DNA of 64,000 nucleotides, taken from assembly GCF_018977255.1 (NCBI RefSeq), contig NW_024704742.1, forward strand, positions 48,176,001 through 48,240,000. Reading direction: 5' to 3'. The translations under genes and the position numbers were made by a program. This DNA is from Callorhinchus milii (lineage: Eukaryota). Positions 24,503-38,590 of the stretch are shown piece after piece (position 1 is the stretch's first letter; each line of letters begins with the position of its first letter). The notes below the pieces were generated by a model. It ran no database searches. It saw only the letters and a list, made by a program, of their open reading frames with translations, and was not told the DNA's origin.

Positions 24503-26439
24503 AGGGTTCAATATAGAAGAGAAGGCTATCATAAAAGAATGGGACCTTTCATCTTTGTTTGATTTAGTTTTCACTTCAAGCAGCAACTTTACTAATTCTG
24601 CTGTAAATGTAATATGAGACAAAATATTTCTTAATTTTCTCTTTATCCAGATGAATAGATTGGTCAAAATATAGGACAACACTAGGAATTAATGCAAACT
24701 CAATTAAATCACCTGAGATGACTTAAAATGTCTTTAATTTTTAATTTGAATGCTATAATATCAGCCAGGAATTTATGGAATGGCAGAACAGCCTCGAGTG
24801 GCTGAATGGTCAACTCCTGTTCCTATCTATAATATATATAATATATGTGTAGATAGCATAGATAATATAATATATGTATATATAATAGAGAGAGATAATT
24901 TATTGAGAAATATTTAAATTTGATCCAATTGAGGACACATCAGATATTGGTCCAACTCATTTAATGTAACATGGCATCACAAATTCACACAGGCATATTT
25001 TATCTGAAAACCAATTGTCATTGTCCCAGTGAGGTGTCATTTAGAATAATTGAGTGAAAAATGTGATGTGATAATAATATTATCATTGGTGATAATTAAC
25101 AACCACAATAATTACCACATCAATGCTAAATACTTTTTCAAAACCAATTTTTAATTACAGGTTTGGGGGTGACTTCAGCACAATGATTTGATCTCAAGAC
25201 AATCACATACTTTTTAGGTGCCAACTTTATGTCTTTCCCTATTGAGTTAAGTAAATAAGGTTTAATGTAATCAGTGTTCAAAAGACTCGATCATGTGAGT
25301 GAAGACAAAAGTGGAAAGTTTCAACAATTAAATTGAAGTCTATCTTTTTTCCTCTTCACCCACACTAAACATTTGTTCATCTCAATCACCCACTGAACCA
25401 TTGGCAAAATAAAATAATCTGCCTCAAAATATTTTTTTAAACTATTTTTAAAGTGTTGTGGTTTACTCTTCCCTCAGGGTCCCTACGGAGATAGTTCTCA
25501 ACAGAGTGAGTGGCAACCAATCACATAAGACGGGCCAACAAAATGCTTAGAGATTTGCAAAAATAGTGTAAACATTACAAAACATTATGTTGTGCCAATA
25601 CACAGACTTTCATTATCATTCAAGCTCTTTATTAGGAAATTGCAAAAATATATATATTATGTTAAAGCCTGTTTTATTCCAGTGAATGATACCAAACCAC
25701 AGTACTTACTTTGTGTTTCCCTAAGAGTAAAATGATGGGATTGTATAATTTTACAATGGTGGTGCACTATAAAGGGAAGTTGTACGGTATCAAGGAAGTA
25801 CTTGAGAAATCAAGATTACTTTGGCATAGAGCTTCGTAGTCATAACAACCTCTGACTTCAGCTGTTCCTTCACCAATCCGGCTTAAACAAGGTCACCTAA
25901 AGAACAATTTTGTTTCAATTGCACTATTGATGCAAACAGTTACAGAATGACTAAGGCATATTTTAACCTCATGACACGTTAATCATTAATGAAGCCATGT
26001 ATAGCTCAGGAACTCAAGCTTTAGAAGAAAACAGGTTATGCATACATAAACCAAAGTATTCTTGAATAGTGGAACAAGTGACAGCTTATGTTTTATATTT
26101 TACAATTACTCCAGGAAGTTGCAATCCGGTAATTATACATCACTGTAAGATCTAGAAAAGGATTAGATTCAAGAGATGTTGCTTTATGACTGTTTCCATA
26201 GTACAGCATGTTGGAGCACCAAGACCAACTGAAGTACACTGGTCTGTGCCTACAACTCCCCACACAGTGAATTCATGATCTCCAACAAGCTGTCACTGGG
26301 AAGTACTGAGCAGAGATGGTGTTTAGCAATGCATTAGGCTAATCCAGTCACCCTGATACACTTCGTAGTGTTCAGCAATCCAGCAGCACTTGAAGAAGCC
26401 TATGCACAGGTCTTCAACTTGTCCTGTAACAATGAAAGT

Positions 26440-26974
26440 TCCTCCCTCCACAAGCTGCAGATAATCCAGAACTCTGCAGCCCGTGTCCTCTCCTGCACCA
26501 AACTCCGTGACCCCATTTCCCCCATTCTCACCCGACTCCATTGGCTCCCTATCCTTCAGAAGATCCAGTTCAAAATCCTGGTCCTTACCTACAAAGCCCT
26601 CCATGGCCTCACCCCACCCTATCTCCATGACCTCCTAATCCTCTACCAACCCGACCGTTCCCTCCGCTCAGCCGGCTCCGGCCTTCTCCACATCCCCCGA
26701 CCCACCTGCCCCACCATTGGCAGGAGAACCTTCAGCCGCTCTTCCCCCAACCTCTGGAACTCCATCCCCCAATCACTCCGCCTTGCCCCCTCCTTAGCCT
26801 CCTTCAAGTCCAGTCTCCTCTTCAACCATGCCATTGGCCACCCCCCCTTCCCCTCCCTTCCGATCTTCCCCCTGACCCCAGCTCGGGTCTGAAATGCTGT
26901 ACACTGTCCAGCACCTTGGGGCGTCCTCCCCACATGAAAGGCGCTATACAAATGTAATCTTGTTGTTGTTGTTG
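26440..26974 (+). mobile_element. L2 3' fragment
   Basis: LHKLQIIQNSAARVL...LHWLPILQKIQFKIL; tail ending (TTG)n. Confidence 0.9.
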
Positions 26975-27559
26975 CAGTAGAGTGATTCAGAGTGGGATTT
27001 CAGATTAATATTTCAACTGCTCTCAGTGGGGAAATGAGAAGAGTCTCTGCACTGTCCAACTAAGCACAGTCCACCTGTGCTTATGGTCACCACCCCCTCC
27101 CTCTGGCTCGGAGTTGTGCTCCACTACCAAGCTCTTTGGTTGTTATTGTCCTCTGAACAGCGTTTGGCTTTTTTACATTGGTAATAGATACTACATTGGG
27201 AAGCAAATGAACGGAAGGATATGGAGAAAAGCAGAGAAACGGATCAAAGATCTAATAAATCTAATAATTTAACAAAATAATGAACAGGTATCATGGGCCA
27301 AATGGCCTCTTCCTGGTGTCTTGTTCCAAGAGTTAAAATATGCTCCATCAAAAGTTGCTGCTTGACCCATTGGACAATCCATGAACTTTAAACAATGTCC
27401 TGCCAAAATCATCTCCCTAAAGTGGGTTCCAGCGTGAATCATATCCAGATCACATTATTCACGCTAGATTTAAATTGGGATTTTTGCAAAATTGAGCTTG
27501 ATTTTTGTGGTGAATTGTATGAAAAATGCAATATAAACTTGATGTACGATATAAACTTC

Positions 27560-27925
27560 TTATGAAGGTAAGCTTCCCATCCCATGGAGCACCACAGAAA
27601 CTTAAGATAATACCTCTCCAACCTGCTCACATCTGAAATCTTCTCTGTTTACTCAGCTGGCTCGGGCTTTCTGTGAGTCCCCCAAACCCTCCACTCCACC
27701 AACAATGACCGTGCACTAGCCACGATGCTCAGATCCTCTGAAATCTCTGGTTCAATTCCTCTGCCTTACCCCCTCTTTTACCTACCTTCAGATTTCACTT
27801 GAAGACATTCCTGTTCGACCATGGTAACTGTCCCTTTCTCCCAGCTCGGTGTCAAACTACACTGTTGTTCAGTGCTCTGAGATGCTACCCTGTGTGAAGG
27901 ACACTATATCAATGCAAGTTGTTGA
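27560..27925 (+). mobile_element. Old L2 3' fragment
   Basis: Degenerate match to the L2 C-terminal region and tail. Confidence 0.6.
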
Positions 27926-27947
27926 AATAATTCTTACAATTAATATA

Positions 27948-29018
27948 CAGTGGAAGCCGGTCAAGCTGGATGCATCGGGGACAGACATTTTGTCTGACTT
28001 AAGAGGTGTCCGAGGTTAACTGAAAAACCATTCCCGTCCAGCAGAGGAGCTGAGGTGGTGCCATATAATAATATGAAATACTGTTGTTTCACTTGAAGCA
28101 ATGTTAACTAATTGTTATTATATTATGACTATTATTATAACTAACCAGTTATAGTTAAAATACTCTCACTAAATTCAGCAAAATATAATTACCTCTGTTT
28201 GGTTGCAAAATAAAGTATCACCCTGCCCAGCAGAGGAGCGGTGGCACCTCCTCCCTCCCATTGCTGTTCCCATTGGAGTCCTGTAGCTCAGTGGTTAGAG
28301 CACTCGCTTTGCAAGCGAGAGACCTGAGTTCAATTCCAGGCAGGGCAAAACCTTGGGCAAGTTTCCTTACTCCACACACCTAATAATAATCCCTCCAAAA
28401 ACCAAAAACAATAATAAATTGGTCATTTTCAATCTACGACTGTTTGTGGGACATTGCTGTGCGCAATTGGCTGCCGCGTTCGCCCACAAATATACAGTCA
28501 ATTCACTTTACAGTATATTCTGTGAAGCGCTTTGGGACGTCCTCCCAACGTGAAAAGCGCTATATCAAATGCAAGGATTATTATTATTATTATTATTGGA
28601 GGGAAAGGAGACCAATTAGTGGCAGCTCAGAGATGATTGACAGCCTTGGAGCTGCTTGTGAATGGATGGCTCAGTTGTCAATCATTTGTGATTTGAGTCC
28701 TCCCATTTCCTCCCTTGTTCTGCCCTGTTCCCTCACTGATTGACAGCACAACTCCAACCACTGGTGAATGGCTGAAGTCCACTGTCAATTGCAATTTGAC
28801 TCCTCCCATCTTCATCCCAGAGTCCCTCCTGGCTGAATGGACACACTGGAGGCCCGAGTGAGGTCATTCACTGGTGACTAGGGTGGCATTTTGCCCGGAA
28901 TAACCGGATTTATGTTAGAATTAACAGGTAAGAATACAAATGATTCGGGGACAGAGGTTTTGTTCGATTTACTCGACGTCCAGGGTTAACCGGTGTCTGT
29001 CAAAAACGGAATCCACTG
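27948..29018. mobile_element. Tigger/pogo-type non-autonomous DNA transposon
   Basis: TA|CAGTGGAAGCCG at the left end and CGGAATCCACTG|TA at the right (imperfect TIR, TA target). Subterminal direct repeats (TCGGGGACAGA...TTTTGT...GGTTAAC) at ~27976 and ~28945. Confidence 0.75.
28275..28597 (+). mobile_element. Short-subfamily SINE nested in a Tigger-like element
   Basis: Intact head, core and a long (TTA)n tail; tail nearly identical to the L2 tail at 9470-9512. Confidence 0.92.
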
Positions 29019-32000
29019 TATTACCTTTCATGTCTGTAGGACTTCTCAAAGTTCTTTGCAGGATATACTGTAAAGTGTAGTGACTGTATTTTGCAGGTGA
29101 ATGTAGCAGCCAATTTGTGCACAGCTGTGAAGTGGATAACCAATTTTATTTGGGGGATTGTTGGCTAGGAAACTGGAAGAATCTCCCTTCTCTTTTCAAA
29201 TAGTGACATTGGCAGATGGGACCTCAACAAGAACAATAACCAAATTACATTTGTATAGCGCCTTTCACTTTGGGAAGATGTCCCAAGGCACTCATTTTAT
29301 CATCTCATCTGAAAGACAGCACCTCCAACAATGCAGCACTGCATTGGAGGGTCAGCCAAATCCATGTGAGATCAAAGACCCAATTTTGGGCTTGAACCCA
29401 CAACTTTCTGAGTCAGAGGCAAGAATGCTGCCAAATGAGCCATGATGACACACAATACAAGGAACACAGCTGAATTTAGTTGGATTTCCAACCAAAATTG
29501 CTCTCATGAGGAATTCACCTTTCCACAGTAACTAATTAAGCACAAATAGTTTATATTCAGGTCATACAGTAATCTGTGAAGCCCAGTACAATAGGTCTTT
29601 TTGTAATATAGCAAACTCTGTTGGGTAACTGGAAAAAAGTTCTAAGGTATTCATTACTTGGCAAGTAAAGATGTTTTTGAACTTAGATAAATAAATGTTC
29701 ACTCAACAAAACACTTGAACTTTGATCAGAGGAAATAAAGCCTGAAAAGGAATGAAATGCTCTTTTGGTAAAGTAAAGGTGCTGTTCATTGGGTTGAACT
29801 GTAGTAGGCCACAAGAAACAGGTGCAGCACTATAAAAGAAAGATACAAAAGACTGGACACAGAAAAATAATCACAATGAAGGTCCCAATCAAGCACCAAG
29901 ATGTATTTTGTTTTCCAGCCTGGTCAAGTTGGAAGTTAGTGAAATTAAATAAATAATAATCCTTTTGTGTGATTTAACGCCTGTAATGTCCCAATATGGG
30001 GTTGCAGGGTTAACAGGAGCTAAGTGGGATGACTCCCTTCCCTTAGTGGCTGGTCTGCCCTTCCAGGACTTGTCTGGCTCATGAACCGGACTACCGAGAA
30101 CACCACAGGCGGCTGGCTCGAATCCGACATTTTGTTGCCGAGCATGTCAACTGGGAGCCAGTTAGCTCCAAGGACACCCCACTTACTCTTCCCCCCCGGT
30201 GGAGCTTAAACCCATTTCAGCCCTGTGCTGAAGAGCCACACACGTAAAGTAAGATGGCAGATTGGCTTAACGTGATCTTTAACTAACAGTCTAGTAGATG
30301 GTTTTGGTGCTTTTCTTTGTGATAGTGGATCATTGCTGGTGATTGTTGCTGGAGACTTTGAGTTCATAGTCAAGGCTGACACTCCAGCTCATTGTGGTTG
30401 GGATGCTGCATTGATTTATATATGTATGCATATATATTTTTTGAAACCTCCTTACTTTCCCTCCAGTCCTCTCATCGCTCTCATTTTTCTCCTTCTCTCT
30501 CTAAATCTTTTATTAGGCTGAGCTCTTGTCTAACCTAATAAATAAGACTATAAGTGCCATCCCTTCTCCCTCCCCTTCTGTGTCAGGCTGCACCACTGTG
30601 AAGTCTTTGAGAATTTGCCCAGTGTGAAGGGTGCAAGTTATTGTAATTGTTTTGGGATTAAATGTTATATTGAGGTCCCCCTTGTCTGTTCCCTGGACAA
30701 CAATCTTCCAAAATAAATTGGCCATTTTTCTCTTGGCTGTTTGTGACACAATTAAGTATGATAATTTGCTGGAGCCTTCCCTGGCAAATGTACAGTAACT
30801 ATACTTCACAGTAATTGCTGTACAATCATTTGAGACATTTTGACATAGGCATAATACGAAATTCAAGAAATATAGCTATTTAATAATGGGGAAGAATGCA
30901 GAAAATGAAGTGTTTTTGGAAATGAGCAAAGGAACTGAAACATTTGCTTAAGCTTATATATATTTATGTCGTAAAAGGTAATGGTGATACGAAAAATTCA
31001 AATGGGGATAACACCTAACCTACGTTGCAAAGACTTATTATTACACTGCTTAGACATCTGCTGCTAGCATCTGGTCCTGATATTTCTGGAAATGTCTTCA
31101 CCACAATAGACCAAGGAAAACATTGCCAAGTCTTTTGATAGTAGTATTTTGGGTTCTCATGGGTAATCTTCACCACACAGTTACTCCCCTTCTGTTATAT
31201 ACAGTCTTATGTAAGAGTACCAGATTGAGTGTTTGTCAACTTTGAATCCTTTAATGTATGATGAATGACAAAAACATCTGGAGCTCTTCAGCCTTGTTTT
31301 TGAAAATAAATGTTTCTGAGGAGATCTTTTTGAGGAATGCAAGTCAATTGAGTTAAAGAAATCAAACAAGACAAAATACTTTTAGAAACAGCATGTTTAG
31401 CAGAACAAGAAGTCACAGTTTCATGGTTTTAAAGGGCAGGTTCACGACAGACACTGAGAAGCATTACAAACTAAAATTGAAAGCAGGAATGAGTCGCCGG
31501 GAAGGACTATTACGGCCAGATCACTGGGCTCATTTAGGAAACATCTTATTACTAAAATGTGAACACGGTAGAATGGACTTACTGGAAGGAAAATATCAAA
31601 TGGACCAAAAGGCCTTCTTCATGCAAACTTCCCTTGTGATCTTATGCATTTAAACAAAGGTCTATGGTAGACAGTAGCCTTCACATCAAGCCTGTGCTGG
31701 TGGTAACACTGGATCTACCTATGTTTAATCCTATTCTGCCCATTGCCTGTAGCCTGGCAGTTCTGGCTCCCTCCCTTTTTTTCAAGTTACACCTCAAAAT
31801 GTACCACCTTGACTGGGCTTTTGGTCTTTCTCCTCTTCACCTCCAACAGCTCCCTTGCTCAGCTCCAATGCCCATCCAGAATCGTCAGTCTTCTGATGTG
31901 AAAAGGGCTATACAACTGTGAATTGTATTGTACCTGATGGATACAAGTCCACAAGTGGTAAGTGGTTTGCCCAAGTGACTGTACTTCTTATATGAGCACA

Positions 32001-32884
32001 AGTAGTGAGCGGCGACAGGATGGTCACAGGGTATTTTAATTCAGAGCAGCCTTTCCTATCTGGCTTCATCAGAGGGCACCTTATTAATGTTAAATAAATA
32101 ATATTCCTTGCATTTGATATTGCTGTATCACGTTGGAAAGATGTCTCAAAGTAATTCATAGGATTTACTGTGAAATGGAGTGAATGTGTCCTTGCAGGCA
32201 AATGCGGTAGCACAATTGCGCACTGCTGTGAAATTAGGCACCAATATTATTTGGGGAATTGTTGACCAGGACATTGGGAGAAACTCTCTCTTCAAATAGT
32301 GCCATGGGACCTTTAAGGTCCATCTGCATAGGCACATAGGACCTTGGTTACCGTCTCATATGGACCACGGTACCTCCAATAATGCAACACATCCCCTGCA
32401 CTGCATTGGAGTGTCAGCTTAGACTATGTGAGATCAAGTTCCAATGTGGGAAAAATTCATTCCAGTGAACAAAGATCTATAAATTTGATATATATATATA
32501 TATAAAAATTGTATATACTCTTGTCTATCTTATGTAGACCTTATGTGGATCAGTGTGAAGCAGCAATAAACAGAGCAAACATGGTGCTGGGCTATATTGT
32601 ATATTGATGAAATCAAATTACAAAGGGCTTAATAATAATCCTTACATTTGATATAGTGCCTTATCATGTCGTTGAGGTGTCTCAAAGTGCTTCACAGGAT
32701 ATATTGTAAAGTTGATTGACTCTGTATGTTGTGGACAAAACGCGGCAGTGAATTGCAAACAATGTCCTACAAACACTCATGGAGTGAGTGACATTTTTTT
32801 TCTCCTTGTGATCTAACTGCTAAGCTTGACATAAGTGAATTAAAATGGAGTAATGTAGTTCACTTACAATATTAACAGCCAAGA

Positions 32885-35800
32885 CCAATAGGTTTCAAAT
32901 GCTTTATTGACTACTGTTTTAGAATATAAATGCAACAACAGAATAAACTTGAAAGCTTTTAAAACATAAGGAAAGTAGAAAATATAGTCCAAGAGTTCAA
33001 ACACCTATTGGCAATGCATTTCTTTGCTAATAAGGCACGCTAGTTTAGTCTTGTCTATGTATACCTTGTTCTTTTATATGTATGAGAAAGGACCAACGCT
33101 TTGAGTCAAGATGCTACAAATGCTGCATGAAATGGTTAAAACAGAATAGCATAAACATGCACCCTAACTGACAGGCTCATTGATCTTGACCAGGCCTCTA
33201 CCAATACGCCTCCAGGAGATGATGGAAAATGTCACCTTGTTAGATCATTGTTGGGTCCTGCTTTGCACACCTTCATAAAAAACTAATACAAAATACCGTA
33301 AAAATTTTGCTTATCCAACACAAAGTTGCTCTCGAACGTGAAACCATTAGCTTTTTCAAAATAGTCCCCCTGCCCTCCCACAACCGGACTAGAATGTGTA
33401 TTGCAAGTTAAATATTTTTATTTAAATACATTCTACATTCTTTTTACTCAACAGGGTTATAAAGTACTATCAGAAAAGCTGGACTCAGTAACCAAATAAA
33501 AATATTAAGAAATAAAATAGAAGTTTCCAAATCTGACCTTGCACCTCTCTGCTCGGACAATAAAAACTATTTTGTACTCTAATCTAGTGAAGTTACCCTG
33601 AATACTTTGTATAGTAAATAAAATGTGTTTTACATATATACTGAAGAAGAGATATGCAAATACAGTATACACCAGCTTGTGGATACCTTGCCATCAGGAA
33701 TGGCTATTGAAAGGAACTACATGCCACAGACATAGAGGTCTAACTAAGGCTTTTTTTTATTTGAAGGAATTGCTGGAAAGGATATCTTTAGCATTATCCA
33801 ACACCGGTGTCCTTTTTTTAAAGATCTTAAAGTTATTGTGGCACTGTACCGAATGCATGCTGAGAAAGGTACCAGTCTGCAATTCTCATTCTTAAATTAT
33901 CGCCCTAAAACTAGATATTTTTAAGACTTCTGTAGTATATACAGTGTTTTGCTTAGGATGGGAAATGCATGTGAAGTAGATAGTTTTGATGATTTTCTCT
34001 GTGGGGAACTATGCAACATGAAACTTGTCCAGCTAGAACTCATTTATGTGCTAGTGTTTTGATTTGCAGCTTGAGGACAGTACTGTATGGATTACTGCAG
34101 AACTGCCTGTCTTAAGAGCTAGTTTAACTCCAAGATAATTGTGCTCACTCTTCCCTGCCACAGTAGGATATTTTTAGGTAATGCACTCATTTTCTGCCTT
34201 TGAAGAAGTAGAGGGAATGAGCTGAATTCCCAATGGGATTCAAACTGAGAACCTACTGGTTCCAAACCCAAAGTATTAATTGTGGCATATAGCTCCATTA
34301 AAAGGGAAATTTGCTCAGGGACCAATTCATTCCTGATACTCATTGGGAGAAATTGGTAGAGGGAGTGCTTTGCGCACTCTGGGAGTGTTCCACTTACAAG
34401 ACTTACAGTGTATCGATGAACAATAACCTAGGCAAAGCTGATTTTGATTTGGTCAATCGAAATGTGTTCAATTTGGTTAAATATTCTAAGCCTGATTTGA
34501 AAAAATCTTGGACCCATTGTTAGGTGAGCAGGGAATATACCTGCATTACTATGGAGATGGTAAACAGCTATTCCATATGTGCCTGTCAATGCTTGGCATC
34601 CACAAGGTATTTTTTAAAAAATACATTTAACCCCCCTCCCCCTCCCCTCCATTTTGCTAATGTTTGTCCCCTCCATCTCTCTTAAAGTCGTTTGACTTTA
34701 CTCCTTTCTTCCACTGAAGTATAGTTCCACAGATTCCAGATGCCCTCCAGAACCGTGTCCAAGTAACTTTGACAGTGAGGGCTAGCAGGCTATTCACCTA
34801 CAAAGGGCATCCCAACCCAGCCCGGTCCAGTCTTCACATGAAATCCACACACATGCCCTTTCAGCAGGTTTTTCTAAATAGCGATCAGAAGAGGGAGTCC
34901 AGCCTGCTTTTCCCTTCCCTAACCGAGGGGCCGAGACCAGCTAGCATAGCAAAGGCAGGGATTCAAACTTGAAATCTAGTTTGAATGGCTTAATGATGTA
35001 CCAACCAGGAAGTGCTGTTACTGACTAGGCCAGCAGGGAACTAGAGTGTTTACATTGACATGAACAGGGCTTTAATAGGCATTGCCACCCATCCTAATAT
35101 TTGGCAAAAAGCAACAGAACAGTGTTGAAGCAGACACAAAGTAAACTCTGAATACATAAAATAACATAAAGAAAGATCCAGAAATGGCTGAAGCCCTGTC
35201 TCCAGGTGGTTGAAGTCCAACTATTTGCTGGTTCTCTGCAAACTGCACTAATTCGCATGCTCTGGGCAGGTTATCCCCACTTGCCTTCAAGGCCAATGGG
35301 ATTCATGATTTCAGTAGTAAAACACCCAATTTCTCACTGATGACAATTGGGTTTATTTAAATAAATGGGTTCTTTGCACAGCAGAAGAGACCCCAGATTT
35401 GTTTTGCCGAGTGGAAAGGCCCTGCACTACTGAGCAGCATAGACAATGGCCCAATAAATTACACAGCCACTAGATAGATGTTAGAACTTCATTTCATTGA
35501 AAATATTAAGCAAGGAGTTCACTCGCCTTCCCATTTCACAGAATAACTCTTCAAATGTTCGCTTCTAAACTGTGCATCCAAACTTCACTGGGCAATTTCT
35601 ACCTTGATATTGACGAATTGTAGGAGTCTTTCTTTCAAAAAGTGGTATTGATTAAAGTATTGCAACAGTGCAACATTTAGCATTTAAAAATAATCAGTGA
35701 GATTAGGAATATTGCTAGCGAGAATTTGAGGCCAAACCAAAACCTGTGAGACTCCACCAAGAAAAAGTGCCTGGAATCAAGAATGTTGATAAAACTTGAA

Positions 35801-37824
35801 TTTGTATCTTTAGGTTTAGTCAAAGAATGTAACCGTTGTTTTATTGGATGTCGGGGATCATCTGAGATGAGCAACCAAGGCAATACTGGCACATGCAGAT
35901 TAATCTTTCTAATGCATCTATTTGTCATCATTGAACAGTAATGATGACTATTCAGCCTTCTGATGAACTGTATAGGAGCATTGAGTTAGTTTCCCCTGGG
36001 TATGGCTCATCTTCAAGGCCATCCAAGCAGTTAACGTTAGTGTTTTGGGTACGTTGTCATTATTGGTCTAGCAGAAGTGAGGATTTTATGGTCCACAAAC
36101 AGTAGCAAGTGTTAAGAGGCAAATGGACAGAACTGTTAGCAAAATAAAATACCATAAAAATCCCCAGAACTTCAAACAATCAATTCCCCAGTTCAAACAA
36201 TGGATGCATCTCAACTATATTGCCAGGTTGTCGTCAGCAGTTGCTTTTGGTCATCCCAAAGAACGGAGTCACATTATGCAGGTTTTACTGAGTTTGATGT
36301 CACCACTTTAAATGGACTTTCTGAAAGCCTTTAAACAGGCCATTGAAACATTGCAACAATACACTTAATTCCTACTATAATAAAAGTTTTCTTCTCTTCT
36401 TCAACAGCATTGAAATAAATTGGTAAAATTCTGTGGTAAACCACATACCATTTGCTGCTGCACCATAAAAGCCATTTGCTGATAAAACTTATATTAAAAC
36501 ATAATATATATATACACATAACCTAAATTGGCCACACACAACCAAAAGACAAAATTCACTACTACCCAAAACTACTTTACCACCTCAAATCAGTTAGGAA
36601 TTTTTCTTTAACATGATAAAAGTTATTAATGTAGCACTTCATGCAGGCACGATGCTGTTTGGCTCTTTTCTTGACAACAATCCAGCACCATGCACCTGAA
36701 CCCACACTGAGAAAATAAAGAGCATCATAAATGGAAGTTAACCTTACACCATGATAAGCATACCACTCAAGGTTTACCCTCTAGGATATTGTGTTTCAGT
36801 CTCTTGTATTTCTTAATAACTTACCCTGTGGAGTTTTATAGTCCTGCCACAGGCTTTTCTTTTCCTTATTTTCTTTCTTCTTTCATAATTACTGCCCACA
36901 CCCCCCTTTCCCCATTTCCCCCCACCCACGCACACCCCCTTCCCTCCCACCTCTACCACATGCATCTGTCTTCTTCAATTAGTTCGGGGAATAATTCTAC
37001 AAACTCTGCCAAGGTTAACCCCATATAAGGCATCCCACCTGAGACTGGTGAAATATGCCTTAAGCCAAACTATAAAACTGAGTTGAAAATGGGACTCAAG
37101 ATTTGGTCTCATAGCCAAGGGCCCAATACTTTAGTATTGTAGCCAATGGCCTGTACCAAACCAGATATTAACAAAAAACAATGGTGTTGTTCACCAAACC
37201 GTAGCTCATACAGCACATCTGGTAGCAGTGTCACACTTGGTTTCAGCTACCAGTTAAAAAGCTACAGGTCTATCTTTGCTTATATATGTACTATATCCAA
37301 ATAGTATTTACATTTATTTCGCTATGGTAATCCACTTAAGGTATGCATTCTAGTTGAGGATGAATTTTCTTTGAAGGCACTGCATAGGATAGATAATTGG
37401 AGTGAACAAGTCACATAAAACCTTCACACTAGGAGCACTTCAAATCCACACCTATAAGTACTAACTTTTTTTTCAAGTTTCTAGATGTCCACATTCAAAA
37501 CATTTAAACCTTATGGACGGAAGATTTTAATATCTACTAAATGTAAGGCATTTTTAAAAAAAAATATCTCTATAACAAAATATGCATAGAATTGTTTCTA
37601 GTAAAAGGTTTTTAACCTTCGCATTTCTTAAAACACGTTTTTTTAAAAGTTCCCTAACAAATAGCAATTGAAAATATTTGTCTCTCTTTCACACATAGTT
37701 TTTGATGAGAAGTTTGTTGAGTCCTACAAAAGATTCTTTTGTATCAAACTATGTTGGCTTTTTTTTCTTCATAAATACCAATGTGTTCCTTCACTGTTGT
37801 AAAGTCCTGGAGGATTGAAAGTTC
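32885..37824 (-). other. Probable long RBM47 3'UTR
   Basis: AT-rich and almost free of the LINE/SINE copies that fill the adjacent DNA. Minus-strand AATAAA at 32903-32908 is followed by GT-rich sequence. The end is inferred; other AATAAA hexamers occur within it. Confidence 0.55.
32903..32908 (-). terminator. Candidate distal polyadenylation signal of RBM47
   Basis: TTTATT on plus = AATAAA on minus, followed by ...cctattggtcttggctgtt; lies close to where TE-dense DNA resumes. Confidence 0.5.
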
Positions 37825-38073
37825 CTAGTAAGTTTGGTAGAAATCGTGTAGAGGGACTTGAAAGGTCGCTGCGGGGAATGCTTGCGGTATGTAGCCAGGG
37901 TACCCTCCGTAGGCTGCCACAGCTGCAGCAGTAGCTGCGTTCTTCTGCAAGGTCGCCATGGCGGCAGCATTAGCAGGAGCTGCGATTGGGACGTAACTTG
38001 CACCGTAGAACCCGGCTGTAGGAATCCGTTGGATATTGGAGGCCATTGCGTACACTGGAGTTAAGGGACGGGT
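37825..38073 (-). CDS. RBM47: RBM47 last coding exon
   Basis: Reads [21 protein letters not shown]...[43 protein letters not shown]. Acceptor tctttag|, TAG at 37825-37827. Spliced CDS totals 1749 nt (582 aa). Confidence 0.93.
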   Translation of the reverse strand, partial: TRPLTPVYAMASNIQRIPTAGFYGASYVPIAAPANAAAMATLQKNAATAAAVAAYGGYPGYIPQAFPAATFQVPLHDFYQTY

Positions 38074-38590
38074 CTAAAGAAAGACATAAGAGAGCATTGC
38101 TGTAATATTCGGATGCTGTAAAAATGAAGGAAAGGTTGTAAACAATCAGGGCTGATGATAAGAGGATGTTAATTATGTTTCATGGCTTTTGAAATGAGTT
38201 GTTAACTGGGATCAGGCGTTTGTTTTTTTCCGGTCAGCCGCATGTCTGACACGTGCGGAAACCCATTACCATGCTTTAGAGTATGCAAACCAGATTAGTG
38301 TTCCACATATGTATGCCATGAATACATTGAAATTTCCCTGTGTCTGGAATAGAATGTGCACTCTCTCCCTGGAAGGATGCATCCTGCCTTGCTAATTCCA
38401 AAGACAACAATATTTATATAATAGCTTTAACATCAGGATGACATCTCAAGGCGCTGGACAGTTAAGGGTTTGCACTAGAGCTTGGGGTTGGAATCAAGAA
38501 GGGTGGCGGGTAGAGGGGTGTTATTAAGTTACAAGCAGAGCTCAATCACACACTTGTATTTTGAGGGGAAATAAAATAATTTCTCTTTAC

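Noticed and set aside
24820..24900. AT-rich TA-repeat stretch
   Set aside because: Ordinary low-complexity sequence following a CR1 tail remnant.
28275..28350. tRNA-Ala genes at the SINE heads
   Set aside because: Each head runs directly into SINE core and tail, the acceptor stems do not pair, and the copies are dispersed repeats.
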